DNA of 64,000 bases from Octopus vulgaris (taxonomy: Eukaryota). Below, piece by piece: positions 27,658 through 41,013 of this stretch (the first letter of the stretch is position 1; each line of letters opens with the position of its first letter). The position numbers and the translations under genes are program-made. The stretch spans positions 13,206,001 through 13,270,000 of the forward strand of contig OX597826.1 of assembly GCA_951406725.2 (NCBI GenBank), in the 5' to 3' direction. The notes beneath the pieces were generated by a model. That model was given only the letters and a program-made list of their open reading frames with translations. It made no database searches and was not told where the DNA came from.

Positions 27658-28989
27658 AGCATTTTGCATAGTTCAACCTAAACAAATTAATGTGTGAATA
27701 ACAAAATAGGAAATTTGAAAGAAGCTTCTATAAAAATTGCTTTTAAACATCAGAATAAAATATTACTCAAAGGGGTTCATATGTGAAAAATGGTTCAGAA
27801 CTTCTGACGTTGATCAATCAGGATACCCTATATTTGAGTAAAAGAGGGAAAGAGGGGTCACTGCTGAATCCCTTTTGAGCATATCTAGTCGTCTTTGTTG
27901 TTGATTATACACAGATTAGCGCTGATCGAGTAGATTTGTTGTTCCAAGGGCATTCCAATCACGACCAGTCCGCCTTTTTAAAGGATGTTTAGGATTAAAG
28001 TACCTAATGCGTTCTTTCCTTTTTTTCAAGATTGGGAGTGGCTTTAGAGAGACTTGGCTGCTATGTCTAGCATGTTGGGCAACCACGTAAAGATTCTCTA
28101 GTTGGCTTCATACTGTGTAGGGCATAGCAGAGTCAACAAGCACTGTACGGGGAGCATCTGCGGTATCTCAAGGCTATCGTGCTATCGTGACCCAAAATTC
28201 TAGCTTTCACCACTAAAAAAAAAAAGAGAGTTAAAAAAAAATGTGTTTACAGCCACGGCGACGTTTTGAAGACTGTAACATGTGCAATTGTCAAAATTTC
28301 TTTGCATATTAGAGTCTATTCAGTGAACATTTATTCATACATGAAGAGAAGAAAGAAAAAGAAGGAAAATAAGACAACGAGAAGGAAAAAGAAAAGAAAT
28401 ATATGAATGTGTGTGTGTGTAAATGAGAGAGGAAATTTTATGAGCGGGAAGGTGGGGAGGAAGAAGGGGAAGGAGAACAGTAGAGAGATGGTAGAGTGAA
28501 GGAGGGAGATATAGAAGGGAGAGTGTGTAAGAAGGTGATAAATAAAAAAAGATAGGGTGTGGTTGTAAACGAGGGAAAGGAAGTATGTTTTGGTGCGCGT
28601 GCGCAGTGCGTGTCTGTTTATGTGATTCTGCTGAACAAATATACTACAGGGCTACAAAAGAAAACGGGAGAAAGGCAGATAATGACAACGATAGATAGAC
28701 AGATAAATAGATAGATAGTCAGAGAGAGAGGGAGAGGGAGAGAGAGAGAGTGAGCCAAAATTTTGGAACGGTTCGTTAGAAAGTGCATAAGGTTCAGACA
28801 TATTGCCTCTTATAAGAAGTGAGCTTGCAATTGCTTCCTGCCGAAATTGAGTGAGATAAATGAAAGAAAGTGTATTCGTAAGACAGAAAATAAATCTAGG
28901 AAAACGGAGCAGAAAAAGAAGAAAAAGCAGAGACTATAAAAACCTGTTCAAAATGAGTGAAGGAAGAAAAAAAAAGAGAAAGAAAAGAA

Positions 28990-29155
28990 AGGTGTAAGAA
29001 TAGCTGTGTGGTAAGTAGCTTGCTTACCAACCACATGGTTCCGGGTTCAGTCCCACTGCGTGGCACCTTGGGCAAGTGCCTTCTACTATAGCCTCGGGCC
29101 GACCAAAGCCTTGTGAGTGGATTTGGTAGACGGAAACTGAAAGAAGCTCGTCGTA

Positions 29156-29226
<71 letters not shown>

Positions 29227-29443
29227 ATATGTTTGTGTGTCTGTGTTTGTCCCCCCAACATTGCTTGACAATCGATGCTGGTGTGTTTACGTCCCTGTAA
29301 CTTAGCGGTTCTGCAAAAGAGACCGATAGAATAAGTACTAGGCTTACAAAGAATAAGTCCTGGGGTCGATTTGCTCGACTAAAGGCGGTGCTCCAGCATG
29401 GCCACAGTCAAATGACTGAAACCAGTAAAAGAGTAAAGAGTAA
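28990..29443 (+). mobile_element. SINE family A, full length
   Basis: Matches the consensus; long internal (TA)n; tail GTAAAAGAGTAAAGAGTAAAG. Confidence 0.9.
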
Positions 29444-30053
29444 AGGAAAGAAATATGCAAGAAAGAACGAGAGAAAAGAAGAAAATGAAAAATGAAAGAT
29501 AAAATAAAATAAAATAAAAACAAAGCAAAGAAAGAAAAAGAATGAAAACAAAGTCGCTAACCCCTACGTCTCGACATGTTTTTCGAGTTAGGGCTCACCG
29601 CTGCGCGATAAGGTAAGCTCACTATTGGAGCTGAGACTTAAAATGAACAGTGAAGAAGGAAATATCACTGCATGTGTGGATGAATGATTTTTGGAAATGA
29701 ATGAACGAACGAAGGAAAGGAAACATAAAAACGAAAGAAAGCTTGACTGAAACAAGAAGGTAGAAAGAAGAAAGGCAGAAAACTAGAAAAGGAACGAGGT
29801 AGTGTGGACCAAATTGTGCATCAGTTGCAGTTGTATTTGGTAGGAAGTAAGCAGGACATATCTTCTGGAATTAAATGTCCAGATGGTCTTACTCATTACC
29901 GCTTTTAACTGACACCTCTCTAAACAAACTACTATACTCACACTCGGCGCGTGTGTAAACTGAGGAATGATAGAGGATATAACATCCCAGTGACCTCCCT
30001 TGATAGCGGGTTAACTTTACGATATTCGTTGACATGGCTGGCCATTTTCCTTA

Positions 30054-30574
30054 CCCTAAATCCTCGACTATAAATCCGCATTTTCCCCCAAAAATTTAAA
30101 GGTCAAAATCCCTAGTGCGTTCTATATACGAGGTTAAAAATGAAAAATATTTTATAAGCAACGTCTGAGTCTCTATTTGCTGTCTGGCAATGTTTATTCA
30201 GATGCATTTTGTGATGTCGGGCGCGAAAATACCTTAAGCTAAGCCTGAAAGCAATGAAGTCATAAAAGAATCATCCATAACTGCAGTAAGCAACATTTAT
30301 TAAAATAAAAGTATTCAGAATACAGAATAACGTGTAACAAAAACAATTTGCAAACATATTTACATTCCCATATAACAGTTAAGAACACACCATTACTGTA
30401 TTACGCATGCGCGGAAGTATTTGTTCGACTAGGTGCTGCTGGCTTAATTACGCGGGATTCAAGTGAGAGGAGTGGTGTGTATTATATACAAGGCTTAGGT
30501 TTTTCAGAGGTATAGCCCCCTACAAATCCCCTGCGTATTATACTCAAGGGTGGACTATACTCGAGGATTTACGG
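30054..30574. mobile_element. Tc1/mariner-superfamily (pogo/Tigger-like) MITE
   Basis: TIRs CCCTAAATCCTCGACTATA / TATACTCGAGGATTTACGG, flanked by TA (30052-30053 and 30575-30576); non-coding. Confidence 0.8.
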
Positions 30575-30779
30575 TATTACTTTTTGTGATTTTCTCTCTT
30601 TATTCCTGTTGTTTAACATCACTGAATGCGTTCATTTATCTAATGTTCCTTTTATTGCATGATTTGAACGAGATTTGTCAGTCAAGATGAATTACCGCGT
30701 AAGTGGCTCTTTTTTGTATAGCTCATCAGTTTTGTACTATGTGCTTGTTAGAATGGCAAAATTTAAAGAATATTTATTT

Positions 30780-30989
30780 GACATTAATAATTATTGCCAA
30801 GCTAATATAGCAGTCCATAAATATAGGACGAAAGCTGCCGTTGATTAGCTGCAAGAGGCCATCGCCTCGAGCTAGCTATGTGACACACGAACCTGTGTAT
30901 ACCGTGATGGCCTCTTGGAGCTAATCAACGGCAGCTTTCGTCCTATGTTTATGAACTGCCATATTAGCTTGGCGATAACTATTAATGTC
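30780..30989. repeat. Fold-back inverted repeat, 86-bp arms with a 38-nt spacer
   Basis: GACATTAATAATTATTGCCAAGCTAATAT...GAGGCCATCGC pairs with GTGATGGCCTC...ATATTAGCTTGGCGATAACTATTAATGTC, with 7 differences. Confidence 0.92.
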
Positions 30990-31237
30990 CAGTACCACTG
31001 CCGTAGTCTCCTTTAGAGAGAAATAATAATATTTATATTTGACATTATCAAAGAGGAAAAAATTAATCATAGGTATTTAATTAGAAAGAAAGAACAAAAA
31101 AATTGCAAAGGCTGTTTAAGTACAATCAGCCGTCACTGCGATCGAGTATGACTTAATAGCATGAACATACACCAGGACGAAGGACTATGTATAATATTCA
31201 GTCGTATTAAGATATATATATATATATATATATATAT

Positions 31238-31396
31238 TCTCTCCTTGTTCTTCTCCATGTTTTTTCTGTGTCCCTTTCTGTAGAAGAGCGTAGGCTCGAA
31301 ACGTAAAAGACTTTTTCTATTCCTGAGCGTTATACTAATACATCTGCTTGTTTTGTACACCACCTGTCTTCGGCTTTTGTTTTTTTCGTAAACTCT

Positions 31397-31400
<4 letters not shown>
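31238..31400 (+). mobile_element. Hammerhead-motif repeat embedded in (TA)n
   Basis: Near-identical to ~42560-42713; contains CTTT-CTGTAGA-A-GAGC-GTAG-GCTC-GAAA-CGTA-AAAG at 31274-31309. Confidence 0.75.
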
Positions 31401-31439
<39 letters not shown>

Positions 31440-31440
31440 C

Positions 31441-31487
<47 letters not shown>

Positions 31488-33195
31488 ATGTATAGGTAGA
31501 TAGATAGAGATGGAGAGAGAAGAGTGTGCCTGTGTCAGAGAGAAACAAAGAGACAGAAGCAAATAATAAAAGAGAAATAGAATGAGTGAGTGAGAGTGAG
31601 TGAGTGAGCGAGTGAGTGAGTGAGTGAGTGAGTGAGTGTGTGAGAGAGTGAGTGAGTGAGTGGGTGGGTGAGTGAATGGGAAAAGAAGACGGAGTATAAG
31701 GGAACAAGCGAGAGAGAGAGATTGAATAAAGATACGCCATGAAAGGTGGGAGAGAAGAAAAGGAGGAGGAGGAGGAGGAGGAGGAGGAGGAGGAGGAGGA
31801 GGAAAAGAAAACATTGACAAAAGAGCACACAAAAGCACAAAAGAAAAGGAAAAAAAAAGCAAAGAAATATACGACGATTTCTAAGATGAGGAGAGAGTGG
31901 CGGGGGGGGGGTGGTGCGAAGAATTATAGACTGAAAGAGTCAACAAAGAGCTATTTCTTGGGTTTTTGGAAGAATCTGAGAGAGAAAGCTGTAGAGCTGA
32001 TCGTAGGTTCACGTTTGCAACCAGGCACTCTGGCTGAAAATAACATTGTCTATAGGAAAATTAAATCAAAGATAAATTGGTTTACACAAGTGCACTCAAC
32101 GACTCTTGATTATGTGAGTTTACGTTACAGTAAGACATAGACTTGGCAGCCATAAAACCGCAAACGCATACAATGAATGCAATGTTTAAGTGAACGCGGC
32201 GCGGGCGCGCGATTACACACGCAGACACACACACACACACTCACGCAGACACACTCACGCAGACACGCGGGTATTCATATATATTTATATAACAGTGATA
32301 GAGAAAGGGAGGGAGAGGCAGTAATAAACGTTTAACATATATTGCACTAAGATTACATATAGGAATATTCAAGTATGTGCACTCAAATACACTGACATAT
32401 ACGCATACATAAGCATACATAAGCATACATATACACATACATATACATATACATACATATACGCATAGATAAGCATACATATACACATACATACACACAT
32501 ACATAAGTATACATAAGCATACATATACACATACATATACACATACATACATACATACATATACGCATACATAAGCATACATATACCCATATATACATAC
32601 ATACATACATACATACATACACATACGCATACATATACACATAATACATACATACATATACGCATACATAAGTATGCATAAGCATACATATACACATACA
32701 TAAGCATACATACATATACACATATGTGCTCCTTCGTGAATACTTTTTTATTCGCATGTCTGTGTACACACACACACACACGCGCGCGCGCGCACACACT
32801 TGTTCAATAGATACATACACACACATACAGGTATAGGTGTATTTAACTAAGCACGTAAAGGTATACTCGGACAGACCCGTTTATGAATATATAATTAACT
32901 GTTCCATTATAGGCAAAATCAACAAAAAAGTGCTCCATCCAATGAAGGATGAATGCATCATTTAATACACACAATATCAAAAATAAAGGCTACCAATGGT
33001 CTCATGCCACGGAGACACGCTCAATTAGCAGATATCTATAATTTACCTTGTACCAGCGCCCTGGTTTTAGAATAGGACTGACGATGTGCACTGAGCTTGA
33101 AAGATTGCTTGGAGACACAAGTCATGTTCTGCAAGTCTGATGAATTACCGTGTTTCAATGGCATGAAACCATTAGCAGCTCTTATTTTGATACAG

Positions 33196-33257
<62 letters not shown>

Positions 33258-33418
33258 AGATTAATCAGCCGAAATTGCGAAGATGATCCGGTTCTTGACT
33301 GATGATTGAGGGCTTCGAATGTCCCGTCAGTGTTTTTTGTGTCGTCTTCTAAATGTTTCACCTTCTTGTCCCAGTTTATATACTTTTTTTACTTTTACAT
33401 ATATATATATGTACATAT

Positions 33419-33452
<34 letters not shown>

Positions 33453-33454
<2 letters not shown>

Positions 33455-33652
33455 AAGGCCTGAAATTTTGGGCAGGGGCTACTTGATCGCACCGATGCCA
33501 GTGCGTAACTGATACTTTTTTTCCATCGACCTCGAAGAGATGAAAAATCAAAGTCAACCTCAGCGGAATTTGAACTCAGAACGAAAAGACGGATGAAATG
33601 CCGCGAAGCAGTTTAATCTGACATGCTAACGATTCTGCCAGCTCGTCGCCTT
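33453..33652 (-). mobile_element. SINE family B variant followed by a long (AAC/AAT)n tract
   Basis: AAAGTCAACCTCAGCGGAATTTGAACTCAGAAC...CTGCCAGCTCGTCGCCTT. Confidence 0.8.
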
Positions 33653-33661
33653 AATAATAAT

Positions 33662-33697
<36 letters not shown>

Positions 33698-33742
33698 AAT
33701 AATAATAATAATAATAATAACAACAAAAACAATAATAATAAT

Positions 33743-33814
<72 letters not shown>

Positions 33815-34699
33815 GTAAATAAATAAATAGATAGAATATTGAATAAATAAATAGATAGATGAATAAATTAATGAACAGCTACAACGTTTGTGCGTTTAGA
33901 TATTTTGAAGGTGGCTAAATCAAGGAGCAGACGACAGGTTATTAAATTGTATGCTTCATTACAATGCTCCGTTACAAAACTGAAGATATCTGCATTTGTG
34001 AATGTTAAATGTGAATACTATTTCCTTTTAATGGCGAGGGGTCATCAAGTACAACTTATCATTTTTTTTTCTAGAACAGTCGGCTATTTAGAAGCACGTA
34101 CGTTTGTAATTATGGTAAATTATATGTTGAGAAGCAAAAATATTAACTAGCCTATTCGTTAAGATGCTGGCCTACCAGGTAAATGCCCGATAAGATTGCG
34201 CCTCATCACAAATGCTGAAACAATTAAGTAATATTAGTTCTCTCACTAGAAATGGTAAATAGCTGTTTCTAATTTGGGCCCAAGGACGTGCATTTTGAGA
34301 GCATAGGTGAGTCGATTACATCGATCCTAGGGATCTTTTCGGTTTGAACGGCAGTTTTTTAAAATAATTTCCACGCAACTAAACACTTTCAAACTTCGTA
34401 TACTGGTAGAATGTGTTTATAAAACATCTTTTTCCCTTGGCTTTATTGAGAAAATTCTATAGTTTGTAAGATATTAGTTGTTATTTTTCTTCAGTTTCTG
34501 CAATTTCAACCAATCAATGACGTCTATTGAGGTAAAAAAAAACATTCTGTGCCGTATGAACATGTCCCTCGTTTAAGAAACAGATTGGGCTTATTTACAT
34601 TTCTGAAGAAAAAAGATACCCTTCCTCCCAACCCCAACCCTAACCCTAACCCTAAAACAGATTGAAATGCGAACCCATAGAAAACGAACCTCCACCAAC

Positions 34700-34958
34700 T
34701 ATTCTCCCTATATGTCTCTGCACACCTTTCAATGCAGTGTATGCCAAAAGATTTGCAAATCTAACGGAGGCTTCAAAAGACATTTTAAGACCCACAAAGA
34801 GCAGAACTTATCTGCAGCACTTGTTGGTCCAAATCGGATGTGCAATCTATGTGGGTGTATTTTCAGAACATTAAAAAGCCACATCAGATGCCATGATGGT
34901 TTTAGAGTGTAGGTACAGGAGGTGGTCAAATTCTGTATAAGAAGTAGACAACCACCAT
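34700..34958 (+). mobile_element. LINE-like (RTE-type) 3' end encoding two C2H2 zinc fingers (copy 2), followed by (TATG)n
   Basis: FQCSVCQKICKSNGGFKRHFKTH (CX2CX12HX3H) and MCNLCGCIFRTLKSHIRCH; stop at 34912, then a short UTR and a microsatellite tail. Confidence 0.7.
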
Positions 34959-35097
34959 GTATGTATGTATGTATGCATGCATGTATGTATGTATGCATGT
35001 ATGTGTGTATGTATGTATGTATGTATGTATGTATGTGTGTGTGTGTATGTATGTATGTATGTATGTATGTATGCATGCATGTATGTCTGTCTGTTCG

Positions 35098-35180
<83 letters not shown>

Positions 35181-36231
35181 ATACATACATACATACTTAC
35201 ATACATACATACTTACATGTATAGATACATGTGAAAAGAAATAGGGCAGTTAAGCAAAAATAGCTGACCTTGAAGAAAATACCTAATAAATATCTTATGA
35301 TTAAAGTGTTTGGTCACGTAGCAAAAAAGTATATGGGGCGGGGGGAGAACAGTTGATGTCGGTTGTACATGAAAAGGTTAAAGCTATTCTGCAGAAAATA
35401 TATATATAATAAATACATAAATAAATCAATGAATGAAACAAAATACAAAATAAAACAAAGCTGAAAACACTTCATGCCTGTTAATGTTATCGATACAGTT
35501 TACAGCTGGGCATCGTCAGAAGTATTAATCCAAACAAAACGGAAGCAGATACGAGATAATCTATCCCAAACATTAAGACAATATGTTTGGGATTGAAGGA
35601 AAGGATTAAGCAGAATTGTTAACGTAAAGGGGAAACAATATGGAGAAGGAATTCGATCAATATTGATGAATAAATAGTTAAAAGGATCTTGAAAAACTGG
35701 TGATCTTAATATGCGTTATTTGTTGATCATAAAAACCCGGGGGGAAAATGTCAAAAATAAAGCGGTTGCGGCGACAACAACAACAAAAAAAAAAGAAGAA
35801 AGAAAAGGAGATACAGGTGATATAGATAATTCTTTACCAAATCAATTTTGTGAAAAGGTAATAGAAAGCCTCTACAAATTGTACATTGAAATCTAGAAGA
35901 TAAAAGCAGTGCAATCAGTTACCTATGATCAACAAGACTCTAGTAAGGAAGAATATCTTCTTTCCAAGATTATCTGATACATAATAATGGCTCTACATCG
36001 TTAGGTTTCATGTAACAAAGACATTTCCTGTCTTTAGCAAAACATATACCACAACATATTGATTTTATATATCTATTTATCTATTTGTTTATTTTTGGTA
36101 TAAAGCCAAAAATTTATAAAGGGACAAGTTATCAACTCAATAAACTTCTTGTCGCTTTTAAGCGTCCTTATAGTGATGAAAAGCAGAGTTCACATCACTT
36201 GATTTGAAGCTAGAATATTAAGGAATATATG

Positions 36232-36462
36232 TTTCTTTATTACCTACGAGGGGCTAAACATAGAGGAGACGAACAAGGACAGATAAACGGATTAAGTCGA
36301 TTACATCGACCCCAGTGCGTTACTGGTACTTTATTTATCGACCCCTAAAGGATGAAAGGCAAAGTCGACCTCGGCGGAATTTGAGCTCAGAACGTAACGG
36401 CAGACGAAATACGGCTACGCATTTCGCCCGGCGTGCTAACGGTTCTGCCAGCTCGCAGCCTT
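36232..36462 (-). mobile_element. SINE family B, full length, 16-bp TSD, inserted among older B relics
   Basis: TSD AATATTAAGGAATATA at 36214-36229 and 36463-36478. Confidence 0.92.
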
Positions 36463-36709
36463 AATATTAAGGAATATAATTAAACAATGATTTCTGCTTT
36501 AGACTCAAGGCTAACAATTTTACAAGGACATGTTAATCAATTGAATCGATCAAATACTCTACAGGCATTTTTTTTGTCTACCCTAAGAGGATGAAAAGCA
36601 AAAGTGACACTGTCGGGATTCGAACTCAGTAAGTAAAGAGACTTAGTTGGGCATCGCCCAGGTCTGCGCATTCACACTCACACTAACGATGAAAATCACC
36701 ATCCTTTGT

Positions 36710-37130
36710 GTGCGCAGGAGTGGCTGTGTGGTAAGTAGCTTGCTTACCAACCACATGGTTCCGGGTTCAGTCCCACTGCGTGGCACCTTGGCCAAGTGTC
36801 TTCTACTATAGACTCTGGCTGACCAAAGTCTTGTGAGTGGTTTTGGTAGACGGAAACTGAAAGAAGCCCGTCGTATATATGTATATATATATATGTATGT
36901 GTGTGTGTATATATGTTTCTGTGTCTGTGTTTGTCCCCCCAACATCGCTTGACAACCGATGCTGGTGTGTTTACGTCCCCGTAACATAGCGGTTTGGCAA
37001 AAGAGACTGATAGAATAAGTACTAGGCTTACAAAGACTAAGTCCTGGGGTCGGTGTGCTCGACTAAAAGGCGGTGCTCCAGCATGGCCACAGTCAAATGA
37101 CTGGAACAAGTAAAAGAGTAAAAGAGTAAA
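36710..37130 (+). mobile_element. SINE family A, full length
   Basis: Matches the consensus; tail (TAAAAGAG)n. Confidence 0.9.
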
Positions 37131-37614
37131 TCTTAAATTTCGCGCGTAGCAGCGCTATAGAGAGGAATTTGCCAATGCTATTTCTGTTTCTTTTGTGTAC
37201 ATCCTTCCTCAGTAAACACACCAATAAACCGGCTAACACAACTGAAAAACTTCTAAGGCTGTTCCGATAGACATCTACTAACAGATGAGTGAATAAGTCT
37301 ATGATGCATTCATAAAGCTCGTAGGGCAAACCATAGAGTCTACCCCTTGCACTATTAGCAATATTCACTCTTTTCTAGCGAGAGCCGCCGCAAGCTGCTG
37401 ATGTAAAATTCAATGTCCACTGTATTTGTTTCATCTACACTCCAAAACAGAAAAATGTACTTTCTGGAATATATCACACATGCACCTATCGTGGCCAGTT
37501 AAAAACCTAGATGTATTTTTGATCCCATTCTTGAGTGATACTTTTTTTTTATTAAACCAGAGAAGACGAAGAGAAAAATTCAACTTAGTAGTAACAGAAT
37601 AAGTTACAGAAATA

Positions 37615-37635
37615 TATATATATATAAACGGCAAA

Positions 37636-37673
<38 letters not shown>

Positions 37674-38000
37674 CCTTTATACAAATCCACAATTTTTCAG
37701 TTAGAGGGCTCGCACTTTCTATGGTCATTCAAAACCGTCCAAGGGTGGTCGTGCACATCTTTGCATTTCCCCAGTCACCCCGCAAAGCCATTAAAAAATC
37801 AATAGAAGTGACATTTTTTTGTGAATTTTCTATCCAAAGCCCAGTCAAAATGCCCGAAACTTGATACGCCAATTGAATGCCAGCTAGCTGTATGTGATTG
37901 GTCGTAGATCTGGACAGTACTCGCGTGTATGTGAGCACGCACGCAGCTGTATATGCATGCACTAGCACTATGACCCGGTGTTGCCGGGTCATAGTGCTAA
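37615..38000 (+). mobile_element. Non-autonomous Helitron-like element (copy 1)
   Basis: Highly similar to 41485-41839; 3' 16-bp hairpin TAGCACTATGACCCGG-TGTTG-CCGGGTCATAGTGCTA; a 3'-end fragment also occurs at 3634-3656. Confidence 0.75.
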
Positions 38001-38798
38001 TATGTGTTAAGTGATCACTGGGATAGTTTATGCATTTAATGATCAACGCTAGTGACTGCTGCAGAAAATGTGTTGTTACTGTCAAATATATCTCAATAAT
38101 CTTCTGTAAATTAACTGATACAATTTCAAGCAGGAATTGAAACGAGGTTGTAGAGTCAGTTGGAAAGCTTACATCCTATTCCGCTAACTAACAGAATATG
38201 TAGATATACACATAAATTCATATCAAAGTGTTACAGCTGATGAATATTATTTTTAGCTTGATTACATTGTTACAACTTGAGTTGGGTGGGGTTATTTATT
38301 GTAAGTAGATTGTACAGGTGATAGCTGTATGGCGCCATACAGTAAAGTTATTGTAGATGCTGTCTATTGCATCACCCCAGTAACTTGGTTGAGATATTAT
38401 CAGGGTACTTTACAGGTGTTACAATCAGAGTACCGTACAAGTAAATTGAGCTAGAACAATCAGGGCAGCATGCTTGTAAATTGAGCTAAAATAACTAGCA
38501 AGTTAATATACGATACCATCCAGAAGCTACCCTAAGAGTTACTAAATGGGTACAGAAAGTGAGTTGTGTAAAAAAAAAGTAAAGGGAGATTTTCCTGGTG
38601 CTATCTTGGTAACAAGCACGTGCATTGTTCTAGGAACTGTCATTAGATCGCTATAGAAAATAAATTTCCTCCTATGCTCAATCAGAAAATCGTTACAGTT
38701 AGCATACAAGTTTCCTCTAATACATTGCAGAATAAAGAATGCACCAAATGCAATATGACATCAACTGTAAAATGTTGCATCAGAAATTAGATATCATA

Positions 38799-39217
38799 AG
38801 GCGGTGAGCTGGCAGAAACGTTAAGCACGCCGGGCGAAATGCTTAGCGGTATTTCGTCTGCCGTTACGTTCTGAGTTCAAATTCCGCCGAGGTCGATTTT
38901 GCCTTTCATCCTTTCGGGGGTCGATTAAATAAGTACCAGTTAAGCACTGGGGTCGATATAATCGACTTAATCCGTTTGTCTGTCCTTGTTTGTCCCCTTT
39001 GTGTTTAGCCCCTTGGGGGTAGTAAACAAACAGGTATTTCCTCTGCCGTTACTTTCTCAGTTTAAATTCCGCCGAGGTCGATTTTGCCTTTCATCCTTTC
39101 GGGGTCGATTAAATAAGTACCAGTTACGCACTGGGGTCGATATAATCGACTTCATCGGTTTGTCTGTCCTTGTTTGTCCCCTCTGTGTTTAGCCCCTTGT
39201 GGGTAGTAAAGAAATAG
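38799..39217 (+). mobile_element. SINE family B tandem dimer (second unit 5'-truncated)
   Basis: Full unit to ~39030, then a restart at GGTATTTCCTCTGCCGTTAC running through a second tail. Confidence 0.88.
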
Positions 39218-39830
39218 ATGTGAATCGTATCATACAACATCCGGCAATGTCTTTTTTTTTTGTTTTTTATATATCCCTTATATTTACTAGTTTGCATCGC
39301 CACTAATTTTCTATAGCATATGGTGTATATATGCAGGACACCGCAATAGATGCTCTATGACTATGATATAGACATGTCATAGAATGGCACACTGAGTGCA
39401 CTTTATAATCATGCATGCACACGTTCGTAGCAAATATTAGATGAAATATAACACAGGCATCTTGCAGAATGAAGTGGGTCACATCACCATTGATCATGTG
39501 ATAATTTGGATGCATGCTACACGTGAAATGCATGACTATGCCTGTATAAGGCTGCATGTGTCTCCGTGGTTATTAAAATTGCTGTATCATAGATCGCACC
39601 AATTTTGTAGTATATATACCATCTTCCATATTGCATCTTTCGTATTGCAGAATGCGTTAACATGTGCTTGTGGTTTGTGCAAGAAGCCTGGATGCAGCTA
39701 TTTCAGCGTGCACGATGTATTATGCACTTGCATAGATATATTGCAGTATTTGGTGCAAAGGTAGCAGTTCGTAATATACAAAACCATTTATTTTATAGAA
39801 TGCAAGATATACTATATATTATAGCTGAAG

Positions 39831-40133
39831 GTGAGGCGCATGGTTCAGTGGTTAAAGTGTCAGGCACATAATCATGTAGTAGTGAGTTCGATCCCCGGAC
39901 CAAGCTGTGTGTTGTGTCCTTGAGCAAGACACTTTACTTCACGTTGCTCCAATTCACTCAGCTGTCGAAATGAGTTGCGACATCAAGCAGTATTAGCCAC
40001 ATCGGTGGTGTGAAGAGGGCAGGCCGGTATGCGTGGACGACTGCTGGTCTTCCATAAAAAACAACCTTGCCCGGACTCGTACCTCGGAGGGTAACTTTCT
40101 AGGTGCATGGTCATTCGTGACCGAAGGGGGTCT
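39831..40133 (+). mobile_element. tRNA-derived SINE (E-type head, different 3' part), 12-bp TSD
   Basis: A-box TGGTTCAGTGG, B-box GAGTTCGATCCC, GTGTCCTTGAGCAAGACACTT; TSD TTATAG(C/T)TGAAG at 39819-39830 and 40134-40145. Confidence 0.82.
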
Positions 40134-41013
40134 TTATAGTTGAAGATAACGTATCATGCTAATTATAGAGAATCAGCTGGATCTCAGAAAGCAACGATGA
40201 ACTGGGTCAGCAAATAGTTAAACGAAGGGGAAAATTTTATTTTGTTGTTGGGAAAAGAAGGCGAAGAACCCTGTCCCAAAACGTTGGATTTCACTTTCTT
40301 ACAATAACTTGATTTGTTACATAGTTTGTGAACTTTTAATACGAATAATATCAACATGATATAACATTCTCTACAGAATACTGCAGAATCAATTACGCCA
40401 TACAAAATATTACACGGTATGCTGTGTAATATTCTGTAGTGCAATTTTTTACCGAAATGTTATAAATGATCTCCCTAAATGAAGAGTCTCTGATCGTTTC
40501 CTGTCACATGCAGTCGTTAGATTTCCGTGAATATTGGATTGGATTCGTAGCTATTTTGTTTGTATTCCAAAATTATTGTTCACAAGTGAAATTGAAAATA
40601 TAAAAAATGAATATGCAACATTGAAAAGCAAATTTACTGCGGTATTCGTTTAGAGATAACATCTTTTATTGACAGGCTATATCTAAAAATAAAACATATA
40701 TCAGATGGAGAGGAAAATCGTTCAACAAGTGGCTCGCAGGAACGCAATTTGCATTTTAGCCTAGTCGGGCCTTATCGATGGCATGTACCCACAGCCAACC
40801 ATGTGCCTAGATGTGATTCACTACCTTCGATTATAAGAGATATTATCTCTAGATGAATGCAGCTGAAACTTGTCTTTCAATGGTATATACACGTTAAAAG
40901 TGATTCATAGCTAGCTATATTAAACTAATATTGCTTCAAAAACATATACCGAAAGCAAAACAAAAAAATTAGCTGAAATTAAGAAAGAAACAAAATCGAG
41001 CAAAAGGACTTAC

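Noticed and set aside
30800-30845. GTCC-loop-GGAC-GAAA in the 30.8-kb hairpin as a hammerhead
   Set aside because: There is no CUGANGA box upstream of the stem.
34636-34655. (CCCTAA)3 as a telomere or fusion relic
   Set aside because: Only three units, inside what looks like a dispersed repeat (~34328-34690); such short runs are common in DNA-transposon interiors.
35300-36000. Possible highly decayed LINE (Dong/R4-like) coding remnant; similar purine-rich stretches at ~22050-22450 and ~58560-58850
   Set aside because: Only vague motif echoes with many stops; cannot be supported without a translated search.
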